Origin: Bacteroidia bacterium
GTDB lineage: Bacteria > Bacteroidota > Bacteroidia > B-17B0 > Aurantibacillaceae
DNA length: 64,000 nucleotides
Assembly (NCBI GenBank): GCA_044353195.1
Contig: JBILCJ010000001.1
Span: 9,213-73,212 of the forward strand
Direction of reading: 5' to 3'
Position 1 is the first letter of the stretch; every line of letters starts with the position of its first letter. The position numbers and the translations under genes are program-made. The notes beneath the pieces were generated by a model. The model ran no database searches. It saw nothing but the letters and a program-made list of their open reading frames with translations, and had not been told where the DNA came from. This document shows positions 1-10,800 of the stretch, in pieces.

Positions 1-963
1 ATTCAATCACCACAAATTCAATTAGCGAAATCTTTAACTGATTTATTGCCAGAAAATCTAAATTCGATTTTTTATACAAACTCAGGCACCGAAGCAACAG
101 AAGGAGCATTGAAATTAGCAAAACGTGTAACAGGTAAAACGGAAATAATTTGTTTCACTAACTCTTATCATGGTAGTACACATGGCGCACTGAGTGTAAT
201 GGGTAATGAAGAATTTAAACAAGCTTTTCGTCCGTTATTACCAGATGTAAAAATTATCCCATACAATAACATTAATGAGGTTAAAAAAAACATCACTTCA
301 AAAACAGCTTGCGTTATTTTAGAACCAATTCAAAGTGAAACAGGTTACACTGTTGCTGATCATCAATTTTTAAAAGCGATTAGAGAAAAATGTGATGAGC
401 ATTGTGTGTTATTAATTTTTGATGAAATACAAAATGGGTTTGGAAGAAGTGGAACTTTGTTTGCTTTTGAACAAACGGGCGTTATTCCAGATGTTTTGTT
501 ATTAGCAAAAGGAATGGGTGGAGGTATGCCAATTGGTTGCATCGTGAGTTCTCAAAAATTACTGAATGAGTTTACACACAATCCGGTTTTAGGAAACATC
601 AATACTTTTGGTGGTAATGCCGTTTGTTGCGCGGCATCATTAGCCTGTTTACAAACTATTTTTTCTGAAAAATTAATTGATGCAATAGAAAAAAAATCTA
701 GTTTGATACGCACACTTTTAAATCATCAAGCCATTAAATCAATCAAAGGAAAAGGATTGATGCTTTCTTTAGAATTTGAAAACACAGATTTGAATTTTAA
801 AATTATTGAAATGTGTATTAAAAACGGTTTAATTGTAGATTGGTTTTTATTTAATACTTATTCTATGCGTATCACACCACCATTGATTATTACTGAAGAT
901 GAAATCAAAACAGCATGCGCCATAATTTTAAAATCTATTGATGAGGTTTTAGTTGAGGTTTAA
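1..963 (+). CDS. Class-III PLP-dependent aminotransferase (acetylornithine/GABA aminotransferase family), 5' end outside window
   Basis: Frame 1 is open from base 1 (IQSPQIQLAK...), so the listed TTG at 46 is not the true start. SGTEATEGALKLA, FDEIQNGFGRSG and LLAKGMGGG (PLP-lysine context) are class-III aminotransferase blocks. Confidence 0.85.
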   Translation: MQSPQIQLAKSLTDLLPENLNSIFYTNSGTEATEGALKLAKRVTGKTEIICFTNSYHGSTHGALSVMGNEEFKQAFRPLLPDVKIIPYNNINEVKKNITSKTACVILEPIQSETGYTVADHQFLKAIREKCDEHCVLLIFDEIQNGFGRSGTLFAFEQTGVIPDVLLLAKGMGGGMPIGCIVSSQKLLNEFTHNPVLGNINTFGGNAVCCAASLACLQTIFSEKLIDAIEKKSSLIRTLLNHQAIKSIKGKGLMLSLEFENTDLNFKIIEMCIKNGLIVDWFLFNTYSMRITPPLIITEDEIKTACAIILKSIDEVLVEV

Positions 964-1002
964 AATTAACAAGTGTTAGTTGTATAGTTTATTATCAAAC
1001 AA

Positions 1003-1034
1003 AAAAACAGCCCCGATTTATCGGGGCTGTTTTT
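1003..1034. terminator. Bidirectional intrinsic terminator between convergent genes
   Basis: Perfect 14-bp stem 1003-1016/1021-1034 (AAAAACAGCCCCGA tta TCGGGGCTGTTTTT), with an A-run on one side and a T-run on the other. Confidence 0.8.
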
Positions 1035-1068
1035 ATATGGAATTAGTTATTTTAAAAATAAAAATGTG

Positions 1069-3879
1069 TTATTTACTTAAATATAAATTTCGCTCACTAT
1101 AAATATCTTGAAAATACTCATCGTTTAAATCGTCAATGAAATAAATGGCTTCACCAGTACTTTTCATTTCTGGTCCCAATTCTTTTTGTACTTCAGGAAA
1201 TTTGTCATAACTAAATACAGGTATTTTGATAGCGTATCCTTTTTTCTTTGGTGCAAAATTAAAATCTTTTACTTTTGCGCCAAGCATTACTTTGGTTGCA
1301 TAATTTACATAAGGTTCATCATAAGCTTTAGCAATAAATGGAACGGTTCTACTCGCACGAGGGTTTGCTTCAATGATATACACAACTTCGTCTTTCACAG
1401 CAAATTGAATATTGATTAAACCAACTGTTTTTAAAGCTACTGCAATTTTCTTTGTATGATCTTCAATTTGTTTAATCACCTTTTCGCTTAATGAAAATGT
1501 TGGCAATAAAGCAAAGCTATCTCCACTGTGAATGCCTGCTGGTTCAATATGTTCCATAATTCCAACAATATAAACATCTTTTCCATCGCATATTGCATCC
1601 GCCTCCGCTTCGATAGCGCCTTGCAAGAAATGGTCTAATAAAACTTGATTCCCTGGCAAATCATTTAATAATTTCACCACGTGTTGCTCCAACTCTTCTT
1701 CATTGATAACAATTTTCATACTTTGTCCACCAAGCACATAACTCGGGCGAACCAACAACGGAAATCCTAATGTTTTTGATAAGGTTATTGCTTCCTCAGC
1801 ATCTTCAATCACACCAAATTTTGGATATGGAATATCATTGTCTTTTAATAAATTTGAAAATGCACCTCTATCTTCTGCTAAATCTAAAGATTTATAATCT
1901 GTTCCAATAATTTTTATGCCATAACGTTCTAATTTTTCGGCTAATTTTAATGCGGTTTGGCCTCCTAATTGAACAATAACGCCTTCTGGTTTTTCATGTA
2001 AAATAATATCGTAAATATGTTCCCAAAACACAGGCTCGAAATATAATTTATCAGCTGTACTAAAATCTGTACTAACGGTTTCAGGATTGCAATTTATCAT
2101 AATAGTTTCATAGCCCATTTCTTTGGCTGCTAAAACTCCATGCACACAACTGTAGTCAAACTCAATACCTTGACCTATACGATTAGGACCACTTCCTAAA
2201 ATAACAATTTTCTTTTTTTCCGTTCTGATACTTTCATTTTCATCTTCAAATGTTGAGTAGTAGTAGGGTGTTTTTGCTTCAAATTCAGCAGCGCACGTGT
2301 CTACCATTTTAAACACGCGATTAATATTAAATTCTTTTCGCTTTGAATACACTTCACTTTCCAAGCATTTTAAAAGATGCGCCATTTGTCTGTCGGCGTA
2401 GCCCATTTGTTTTGCTTCGTATAATAAATCTTTTGAAATGGTTTCCAGTTTATATTTACTCACTTCATTTTCAAGTGCAATCATTTGTTCAATTTGTTCT
2501 AAAAACCACATGTCGATGCGTGTAAGTTTTTGAATAGTTTTGATGGAGATACCTAATTTCATCGCATCATAAATCATAAACAAACGATTCCAACTTGGTC
2601 TTTCTAATCCTGCTAATAACTCTGCTTGATTTGTATTTTCTTTTCCATCAGCACCCAATCCATTTCGTTTAATTTCTAAACTCTGACAAGCTTTTTGTAA
2701 CGCTTCTTGAAAGCTACGACCAATCGCCATAACTTCACCAACAGATTTCATTTGAAATCCTAGTTCACGATTACAACCTTTAAATTTATCAAAATTCCAA
2801 CGAGGTATTTTTACTATCACATAATCTAAGGTTGGCTCAAAATAAGCAGAGGTTGATTTTGTAATTTGATTAATTAGTTCATCTAACTGATAGCCAATTG
2901 CTAACTTACTTGCAATACGAGCAATTGGATAACCTGTTGCTTTACTGGCTAATGCAGAAGAACGGGATACGCGTGGATTAATTTCAATCGCAATAATTTC
3001 TTCTTTTTCGTCATCGCTTACAGCAAACTGAACGTTACAACCACCCGCAAAATTTCCAATACTACGCATCATTTTTATAGCCATTGTACGCATTTTTTGG
3101 TACGTACTATCGCTTAAGGTTTGCGCAGGAGCCACAGTAATACTATCTCCAGTATGCACACCCATTGGGTCAAAATTTTCTATAGAACAAATGATGGCTA
3201 CATTGTCATTATTATCTCTTAATAATTCTAATTCGTATTCTTTCCAACCTAATACAGCTTTATCTATAAGCACTTCATGTATTGGGGAAGTTTGTAAACC
3301 TCTGTTTAATAATCCATCATAATCTTCTTTATGATACACAACACTTCCTCCGCTTCCTCCTAGTGTAAAGGATGGGCGGATCACTAATGGAAATCCGAAT
3401 TCTTGAGCAATAGATTTCCCTTCTAAAAATGATTTTGCGATTTTACTTGGAGCCATGCCAACCCCAATTTCATTCATTCTTATTCTAAATAAATCACGGT
3501 CTTCTGTTACTTTTATCGCATCAATATCTACGCCAATCATGCGCACATTGTATTTTTTCCAAATACCCATGTCATCGCATTTCAAAGCAAGATTTAATGC
3601 TGTTTGCCCTCCCATGGTAGGTAAAACCGCATCGATTTGACGTTCTTCTAAAATTTTAATAATTGATTTAACCTCTAAAGGTAATAGGTAAATGTGGTCA
3701 GCAGTTACTTTGTCGGTCATGATAGTTGCAGGATTTGAATTTATCAACGTAACTTCAATCCCTTCTTCACGCAAACTTTTTGCTGATTGTGAACCTGAAT
3801 AATCAAATTCGCACGCTTGACCAATTACAATAGGACCAGAACCAATAATTAAAACTGATTTTATAGATGTATCTTTCAT
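1069..3879 (-). CDS. carB: Carbamoyl-phosphate synthase large subunit, short form lacking the C-terminal allosteric domain
   Basis: Two ATP-grasp halves each start with GSGP..IGQ..EFDYSG. IEINPRVSRSSALASKATGYPIA and EANPRASRTVPF blocks are present. The protein ends about 25 aa after GPEMKSTGE. Confidence 0.95.
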   Translation of the reverse strand: MKDTSIKSVLIIGSGPIVIGQACEFDYSGSQSAKSLREEGIEVTLINSNPATIMTDKVTADHIYLLPLEVKSIIKILEERQIDAVLPTMGGQTALNLALKCDDMGIWKKYNVRMIGVDIDAIKVTEDRDLFRIRMNEIGVGMAPSKIAKSFLEGKSIAQEFGFPLVIRPSFTLGGSGGSVVYHKEDYDGLLNRGLQTSPIHEVLIDKAVLGWKEYELELLRDNNDNVAIICSIENFDPMGVHTGDSITVAPAQTLSDSTYQKMRTMAIKMMRSIGNFAGGCNVQFAVSDDEKEEIIAIEINPRVSRSSALASKATGYPIARIASKLAIGYQLDELINQITKSTSAYFEPTLDYVIVKIPRWNFDKFKGCNRELGFQMKSVGEVMAIGRSFQEALQKACQSLEIKRNGLGADGKENTNQAELLAGLERPSWNRLFMIYDAMKLGISIKTIQKLTRIDMWFLEQIEQMIALENEVSKYKLETISKDLLYEAKQMGYADRQMAHLLKCLESEVYSKRKEFNINRVFKMVDTCAAEFEAKTPYYYSTFEDENESIRTEKKKIVILGSGPNRIGQGIEFDYSCVHGVLAAKEMGYETIMINCNPETVSTDFSTADKLYFEPVFWEHIYDIILHEKPEGVIVQLGGQTALKLAEKLERYGIKIIGTDYKSLDLAEDRGAFSNLLKDNDIPYPKFGVIEDAEEAITLSKTLGFPLLVRPSYVLGGQSMKIVINEEELEQHVVKLLNDLPGNQVLLDHFLQGAIEAEADAICDGKDVYIVGIMEHIEPAGIHSGDSFALLPTFSLSEKVIKQIEDHTKKIAVALKTVGLINIQFAVKDEVVYIIEANPRASRTVPFIAKAYDEPYVNYATKVMLGAKVKDFNFAPKKKGYAIKIPVFSYDKFPEVQKELGPEMKSTGEAIYFIDDLNDEYFQDIYSERNLYLSK

Positions 3880-4035
3880 TTTCTTAAGTTTTGTTGGTAT
3901 AAATAAAGCTTGAAAATTATTAATAATAATTTGCTAACTTTTTATACTGTTAGTAAAAAACAAACTTGGTAAAGATACATCAAGCCATTGTAATTTCTAT
4001 TTTAAGATATTCACATTTTATTAGATTTTCCAATT

Positions 4036-5706
4036 TTATGACAAGCCACTGATTACTCCATTATCATCAATATCCATTCCTTCTGATGCCGGAATGGAAG
4101 GTAATCCTGGCATTCGCATCATGTTGCCAATAATTGGGATTAAAAAACCTGCGCCTGCCGCGATTTCAAATTCACGAACGGTGATTCTAAAGTTTGTTGG
4201 TCGGCCAATAAGTGATTCGTTATCTGAAAAGGATTTTTGTGTTTTAGCCATGCAAATTGGCAATTTAGATAAACCTAATTTTTCGATACGCTTTAAATCT
4301 TGTTCTGCTTTAGTGCTAAAATCAACTCCCTCTGCACCATAAATTTCTTTTGCGATGGTTTCTATTTTCTCAATTACGGATGAATTCCAATCGTAGAGTG
4401 GTTTAAAATTAGCTGTTGTTGTTTTTTCAATTTCATCAACAACGGCTTTTGCCAAATCTTGCGTGCCATTTCCTCCTAATAGCCAACCTTTGCTGAGCAC
4501 GGCAATTACATTCAAATTAGCGCATAATTTGACAAGTTCATGAATTTCCTCATCCGAATCTGTTACAAAATGATTGATAGCGATAACAGGGTTGATGCCA
4601 AATTTTTTAATGTTTTCAATGTGCTTTTCTAAATTGCAAAATCCTTTTCGAATCTTTTCAATCGAAGGTGTGTTCAATTCTTTTGCAGTTGCACCACCAT
4701 GATGTCGTAATGCACGAATAGTGGCAACAATAACAACAACACTTGGCTTTAATTTGCCATAGCCACACTTAATATCCATAAATTTTTCAGCACCCAAATC
4801 CGCACCAAATCCTGCCTCTGTAACAACATAATCGCCTAATGATAATCCCATTTTAGTTGCTAAAATTGAATTTGTTCCTTGTGCTATGTTTGCAAATGGT
4901 CCTCCATGAATAATAGCAGGATTACCTTCAAGTGTTTGAACTAAGTTGGGTTGAATAGCATCTTTTAATAAGATTGTCATGGCATTTTCAGCTTTTAAAT
5001 CACGGGCATAAACAGGTTGATTGCTGTAAGTAAAACCAACGAAAATATTTCCTAATTTTTCTTTTAAATCAGAAATACTAGTTGATAAACATAAAATGGC
5101 CATTATTTCGGAAGCGGCAGTAATGTTAAATCCATCTTGTCTCATTATTCCATTCGCTTTACCGCCTATGCCAATAATGATGTTCCTCAAACTTCGATCA
5201 TTCATATCAATAACACGTTTCCAAACAACAGTTCTTGGATCTAATTTTATTTCATGCTCATGATTTTGAATTACATTATCAATAATAGCAGCTAAAAAAT
5301 TATTTGCTTTTTCAATTGCCGAAAAATCACCTGTAAAATGTAAATTAATATCTTCCATAGGAATGACCTGCGAATGTCCTCCTCCAGCTGCACCACCTTT
5401 TATTCCAAAAACTGGACCTAAAGAAGGTTCACGTAACACAACTATACTTTTCTTTCCAATTTTATTTAATCCTTCGTTTAAACCAATCGAAACAGTTGTT
5501 TTGCCTTCGCCTGCTGGAGTAGGTGTGAGTGCAGTAACTAAAATTAATTTAGATGTTTTTATTTTTTCTTCATCAATTAGATGAAGAGGAAGTTTTGCCT
5601 TGTACTTGCCGTATAATTCCAAATCATCCTCCTCAATATTAAGTTTTTTGGCAACGATTTTAATGTGTGTTGGATTAACGGATTGTGCAATTTCTATATC
5701 TGTCAT
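4036..5706 (-). CDS. fhs: Formate--tetrahydrofolate ligase
   Basis: 556 aa, full-length FTHFS layout with the PTPAGEGKTT P-loop. Confidence 0.95.
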   Translation of the reverse strand: MTDIEIAQSVNPTHIKIVAKKLNIEEDDLELYGKYKAKLPLHLIDEEKIKTSKLILVTALTPTPAGEGKTTVSIGLNEGLNKIGKKSIVVLREPSLGPVFGIKGGAAGGGHSQVIPMEDINLHFTGDFSAIEKANNFLAAIIDNVIQNHEHEIKLDPRTVVWKRVIDMNDRSLRNIIIGIGGKANGIMRQDGFNITAASEIMAILCLSTSISDLKEKLGNIFVGFTYSNQPVYARDLKAENAMTILLKDAIQPNLVQTLEGNPAIIHGGPFANIAQGTNSILATKMGLSLGDYVVTEAGFGADLGAEKFMDIKCGYGKLKPSVVVIVATIRALRHHGGATAKELNTPSIEKIRKGFCNLEKHIENIKKFGINPVIAINHFVTDSDEEIHELVKLCANLNVIAVLSKGWLLGGNGTQDLAKAVVDEIEKTTTANFKPLYDWNSSVIEKIETIAKEIYGAEGVDFSTKAEQDLKRIEKLGLSKLPICMAKTQKSFSDNESLIGRPTNFRITVREFEIAAGAGFLIPIIGNMMRMPGLPSIPASEGMDIDDNGVISGLS

Positions 5707-6005
5707 AATTTTTATTTTAATGCATTAAAGCTACTATCTATTTTTTTACTACAAACATAATGGAAATAAAAATGAGATTTGTTTTACATGATCTTTTTTT
5801 CTTTTTAGTAATTCAAGAATCTAGTCATAAAACATAACTCTTTAGTTCCATTATCAACCTTCTATTAACAACAAAAAACCTATTTATCAAGCACTTACAT
5901 TTTCAGTAATGTGTATTTAGTTAATTACTCCATTTTTTGTTAATAACCCAACTTTAATAGGGTCTAAAGCCTTCGTATTTTTAGATATTAAACAAAATTG
6001 TATTA

Positions 6006-7247
6006 ATGAGTTTACAAGTTAATGTAAAAGATTTATTGTCGAATTTATACACTAATCGTGGTGTGATAGAATTGTTATTTGGTCAACGTGATCAAATAAC
6101 TGTCAATGAATTATTGGGAAGGGACGATATTAGCGAAGAGCAATACCGAAAATTAGTTTCATTAGATATTTTATTTGAATACGAAAATGTAGTTAGTTTA
6201 AATGACGCAGTGGTAAGCATGTTCGAAGATTTTATGGAAATTGGAGAAGTGACCCCAGGTTTCATAAATGACTACATCAATGAATTAAAACGTCATATTC
6301 GTTTTTATCAAGAGGCTCGTGAAATGAGGTTTTTGCGCAGTATCAAAAAATATTTAAAGAGAATTAATTCTACGTTGACAAGAGAGATTATTAAGCTCCA
6401 AAAAAATGTGGATGATACTTATAAAAATGAAGGGAATTACCGCATTAAGTTACAGAAACTAGAAGATTACAGAGAAAAGCGTGATACGATTATTGATTTT
6501 ATAAAGCAAACTTCTGCTATTGTTGATGAAACAAGAGTTCTGTTTAATATTACAAATGATACAGAATTATTTGGCATTGTATCTTCATTGAAATCAAGTT
6601 TGATTGAAAACCTCGATTTCTTAATTGAAATACAAACTGATATTACAGATTTTATTAATAAGATTCAGTTTCAATTAGATGTTTATAAAAAAGCTCAGCG
6701 TTTAAAAGAGGTTAAAGATCATGGGGCATTGCACTATAAAACTAATTTCAAGGAAATTGTAGGTTCTATCAACACGCTTAAGCACAATGGTCACAAAACA
6801 CCAAAAACAAAAATCCCAATGGAGTTTTTGTATAGCGATGAAGGCCATGTTTTGTGTAAACGCATTGCAGAAAAATATAAAATAACACGATTAATGGTTC
6901 GTGGAGTTGCCGATAAAATGTCGGTTAACTTTAAAGATAAAGGTCTAGAACAAAATATAAAATTAGATACTGAAAAGTTAGTTGAACGTTTTTTAGATCA
7001 AACGAAACAAAATTTATTTGAGTATCTAATTGAGTATAAATTCCCGAAAGCAATTGGTAACGTTTCTTTTGAAGATAGACTATCCTTGTTTGTTGAAATT
7101 GCGATGGAATATCAAACCAAATTAGATTTTAAATATCGACTTCAATACCATGATTATATTGAAGAAGAAACTAAAATAAAAAAGCGATTAGGTTATACAT
7201 TGATTGTGCCAATTAAAGAAAAAACAAAAAAAGAAAAAATTAAATAG
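6006..7247 (+). CDS. Hypothetical protein, MukF/MksF/JetA-like (kleisin-position) subunit of an SMC-like complex
   Basis: First gene of a tight three-gene operon. 413 aa with a helical, K/E-rich central region. The assignment rests only on position and size relative to the SMC-like ATPase, with no diagnostic motif. Confidence 0.45.
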   Translation: MSLQVNVKDLLSNLYTNRGVIELLFGQRDQITVNELLGRDDISEEQYRKLVSLDILFEYENVVSLNDAVVSMFEDFMEIGEVTPGFINDYINELKRHIRFYQEAREMRFLRSIKKYLKRINSTLTREIIKLQKNVDDTYKNEGNYRIKLQKLEDYREKRDTIIDFIKQTSAIVDETRVLFNITNDTELFGIVSSLKSSLIENLDFLIEIQTDITDFINKIQFQLDVYKKAQRLKEVKDHGALHYKTNFKEIVGSINTLKHNGHKTPKTKIPMEFLYSDEGHVLCKRIAEKYKITRLMVRGVADKMSVNFKDKGLEQNIKLDTEKLVERFLDQTKQNLFEYLIEYKFPKAIGNVSFEDRLSLFVEIAMEYQTKLDFKYRLQYHDYIEEETKIKKRLGYTLIVPIKEKTKKEKIK

Positions 7248-7277
7248 TTAGGTTATAACATTAACATACAAATTAAT

Positions 7278-7886
7278 ATGGAAGACTCAATAAATTTCAA
7301 CTTACCAAAACAAACACACGATATTTTTTCGGTAATGGCTCGAGGTGCTTTTATATCGAGTAATGGAAGTCGTGATGGCATGAATAGGTTGTATGACGTG
7401 ATTAATAATCCAGACAATTTTGATAGACTTCAAGCTTATTTTAATGTGATTAGATATAATATCGAACGAGGAAATAACTTTTTTTATTTTGCGAAATTAA
7501 GTGAACCCAATAGTGAAATTGAAAAAAAACTTGAACGATTTGAGCGCTATATAGATATTATTGATTTGTTTGCTAGTATGGATAACAAAATTGGTATTGG
7601 ATCTCGATTTCGTCCGGGAGAAATTGCTGAAGAGTGTAATGCAAATGTTCGTTTAAAACAGAAATTGCAAAAAATTCCATTATACCGTTCAGAAACATTA
7701 CACAATAAAGTACGCGAAATCTGTGATCTTATGAGTAGAGATTCTTTTTTAGAATTAGAAGATGAAAAAACTGAATCATACAAAGTTTTAGATTCTTATT
7801 CTTACTTATTGGAAATTATTAATTCTGTTGCTATATACGAAGATGGTTCAGAAACGAATGACGCGCAAGGATTAGTTTATAATTAA
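7278..7886 (+). CDS. Hypothetical protein, MukE/MksE/JetB-like (KITE-position) subunit
   Basis: 202 aa, acidic, starts 30 nt after the upstream gene. The block LQAYFNVIRYNIERGNNFFYFA resembles, from memory, the conserved DUF4194/MksE core. Position is between the kleisin-like and SMC-like genes. Confidence 0.45.
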   Translation: MEDSINFNLPKQTHDIFSVMARGAFISSNGSRDGMNRLYDVINNPDNFDRLQAYFNVIRYNIERGNNFFYFAKLSEPNSEIEKKLERFERYIDIIDLFASMDNKIGIGSRFRPGEIAEECNANVRLKQKLQKIPLYRSETLHNKVREICDLMSRDSFLELEDEKTESYKVLDSYSYLLEIINSVAIYEDGSETNDAQGLVYN

Positions 7887-7896
7887 AATTTTTAAA

Positions 7897-10800
7897 ATGG
7901 ATAACTGTAGAATATTAAATAGAATTGTACAAATAAATATTGCCAACGTAAAGTATACGGATTTAGAGTTGAGTGGTAATACATGTTTTGTTGGCACAAA
8001 TAATTTCGGAAAAACATCGTTGCAACGAGCTATTTTGTTTTTTTATAGTGCAAATACTAGAGGGTTAGGTATTTCTCCTTCACAAAAACCGTTTGACGAA
8101 CATTACTTTAAATTCGAAAACTCTTATTTAATATATGAAATACGTACAGAAGATAAACCTTTTTTTGTTATTGTTTATCGTCACAACAAATTAGTGTTCC
8201 GTTTTGTAGATGCTGAATACTCACCCGATTTTTTCTTTAATGAAAATGACGAGGCCTTAAAAATTAAAGAAGTTATTTCTGGCTTTGATAAACGTGGTGT
8301 ATTTTATTCAGGACAAATTGATACGTTTGAACGATATCGTAATATCTTGTACGGAACTGAAACAGATAAGTCATTAACTAAATTTCATTTACTAAAAGGG
8401 AATGAAAAATATCAAAATATACCTAAATCTATTACTAATGTTTTCTTAAGTTCTAAAAGTAGTATCGATAGCCGTTTTATTAAAGATTTCATTGCCAACT
8501 CGCTTTCAACTGAGAATAGTAGTATTAAGTTAGAGCAAGTTGATAGACAATTACGTCAGTTTAATGAAAAATATTCTGACATCGAAACGTATCTAAAAAA
8601 GGAAACACAACAACTGATTGAATTTATTGATAAAAAATATGACCAAGTGCACATGCTGAAAGGTGCGCAAATGGAAATGGCTGATAAACTTGGTAGCAGT
8701 TTACGTTATGCTGAAACGCAGAACGAAACTGTTATTAAAGCATCGCAAGCAAAACAAGAAGAACTAGATAAAATAACAGAAGCTCACGACGATCAAAAAA
8801 TCGCTTTAGAAGAAAAGCAAAAGGATGTGCGTGAAGAAATTGGTTATTATGATAGAACGATTCGTGAAGCCAATAAGAAATTAAAAGAGTACAAAGAGAA
8901 AAATATAGACGAAGCGGTTGGGAAAAATGCAGAAAGAGATAAGCTTCAAGTAGAATATAATATTGCAAGACGAGAATATGAATCTTTAACGAGTAATGTT
9001 CAAAGTATTGAAATGAAATATGCTTCATTAGTTGAGCAATTAAGAAATGATAAAACTGCTTATGTAAATAAAATAAACTCTAAAACAAGTGAAATTTTTA
9101 ATCACTATAACGAGTTACAATTATTGCAAAAAAACGAATACAGTAAAAAAGATGTTGAATTAAAACAAAAACGAGAAGAAGCTTTAACAGAAATCAACGC
9201 TGATATTACGACCAAACAAATTGAGTTTAATGAATTAAAGGCAGAGGAAAAAGTTATTCGTAATACACGGTTTTATGAAACTGAAATCAAGGCTCAAGAA
9301 ACGGAATTAGCTGATTTAAGAGCGATTAATTATAAGAATAAAAGTGAATTAGCTATTAAAAATAATCTTGTTCAAAGTAATCAAAAGGAATGGGAAAATT
9401 TAGAGCTTCGACTTAAAACATCTTTGAATAATCAAATTCAGATCACTAATAATGAAATTATTAGGGTTAAAACTGAGATTAAAGCAATCGAAGAGAAATT
9501 GAATGTTCAGCATGATGCCTTGTATGGTTATTTAGAAAAAAATGTAAAAGACTGGCATACAACTATAGGTAAAGTAGTAAATGAAGAATTACTATTTCGT
9601 ACAGATTTAAATCCTTCAAAAGTTGATGATAAAGGATTGTCAATGTATGGCATTTCTTTAAAGTTGGATGATGTAAAAGTTGTTTCAAAAACAATTGAAG
9701 AATACCAATTTGAAAAGAACGAAAGACTTGCTATTATTAGAGATTTAGAAGAATCGTTAAATCAATTTCAAGGAACAAACACTGAAGAGAAAATGTTGGC
9801 TGCTGATAAATTCGGTAAGCAATTAGGGGAATTGAAAGAAGATTTAAAAGTGTTGACTTACTCTTTAGAGTTAGCAGAAAAACGCGAGAAAAAATTAATT
9901 CTTGAATTAGAGGATTGGAAACAACGTGCTAGTAAAGAAGTAGAAGAATCTTTGACTGGCAACAAACAAAAAGTAAATCTAATCGAAGAAGAATTAGCAA
10001 TCTTAAATAAAAAGAAAAATAATTTATTGAATGATTTCAATACTCAACTCGATAAATTAAAAGCTTTTAATGATGAGCGTTTAGCTGATTTGAAAGGAAG
10101 GCAAGAAACTGAAATTAGTGAGTTAGAAGTTGAGAAGAAAAATCAAGTTAAAGAATACGAGGAAAAAGAAACAGAGTTAAGCAACGAAAAAGAAACTAAT
10201 TTTAAAGCGAAAGGTGTTGATAGTAAAGAAATAAAACGAATAGATGCTAAAATTAAAGAACTTCAAGATGCGTTAAAAGAAATTGATCAATACTCGCAAG
10301 TTGTTAGCGATTACTTGAAAGATAAACGCGAAATTTTTGATAAACTTCCTGATTTAATTCAGAAAAAAGAGGAATACGTTAAAACAGCTAATGATTTAAC
10401 TAACGAGTTAGAAGAAATTTCTCGCAAGTTTAATATCAAACGTATGGAGTTGAATAAACAAAAACGTGCGTTTGAAGAAGAATTAATTGAGTTTAATAAC
10501 GGTATCAATTATTTTACTAAAAACTTCCGTGAAACTCCTGTGTTTAATAAGTATGCAGACATCATAGATAGAGCAGAACCTAAAAAAACAAATTATAGTG
10601 TCATGGATTTGTGCACTCAATTATTAAAAAATGATTCGCACTTTAATGAAGAGTACACTGCTTTTCAACGATACGTTAATGAGTTTTCTGGTAAGTTTAG
10701 GATTGATAACCATTTTAATTTCATCATTCGTAATGATGCTACACAAGGTGAATACGAGCGCTTTGCTCAAAATTTACGTTCGTTTATAAATGAAAACAAA

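Noticed and set aside
1186-5584. Short plus-strand ORFs inside carB and fhs (1186-1419, 2343-2525, 3455-3640, 4094-4342, 5363-5584)
   Set aside because: All are antisense to full-length conserved enzymes and have no motifs.
5707-6005. ZTP (pfl) or THF riboswitch upstream of fhs, and a mobile-element boundary for the SMC-like operon
   Set aside because: The region is uniformly AT-rich, with none of the GC-rich conserved cores such as a CCGCCTGGGCA-type pseudoknot segment. I saw no integrase, tRNA or flanking direct repeats.
8735-10040. Minus-strand ORFs inside the SMC-like gene (8735-9028, 9858-10040)
   Set aside because: They are antisense to K/E-rich coiled-coil coding sequence. The Leu/Phe-rich products are the expected mirror artefact.
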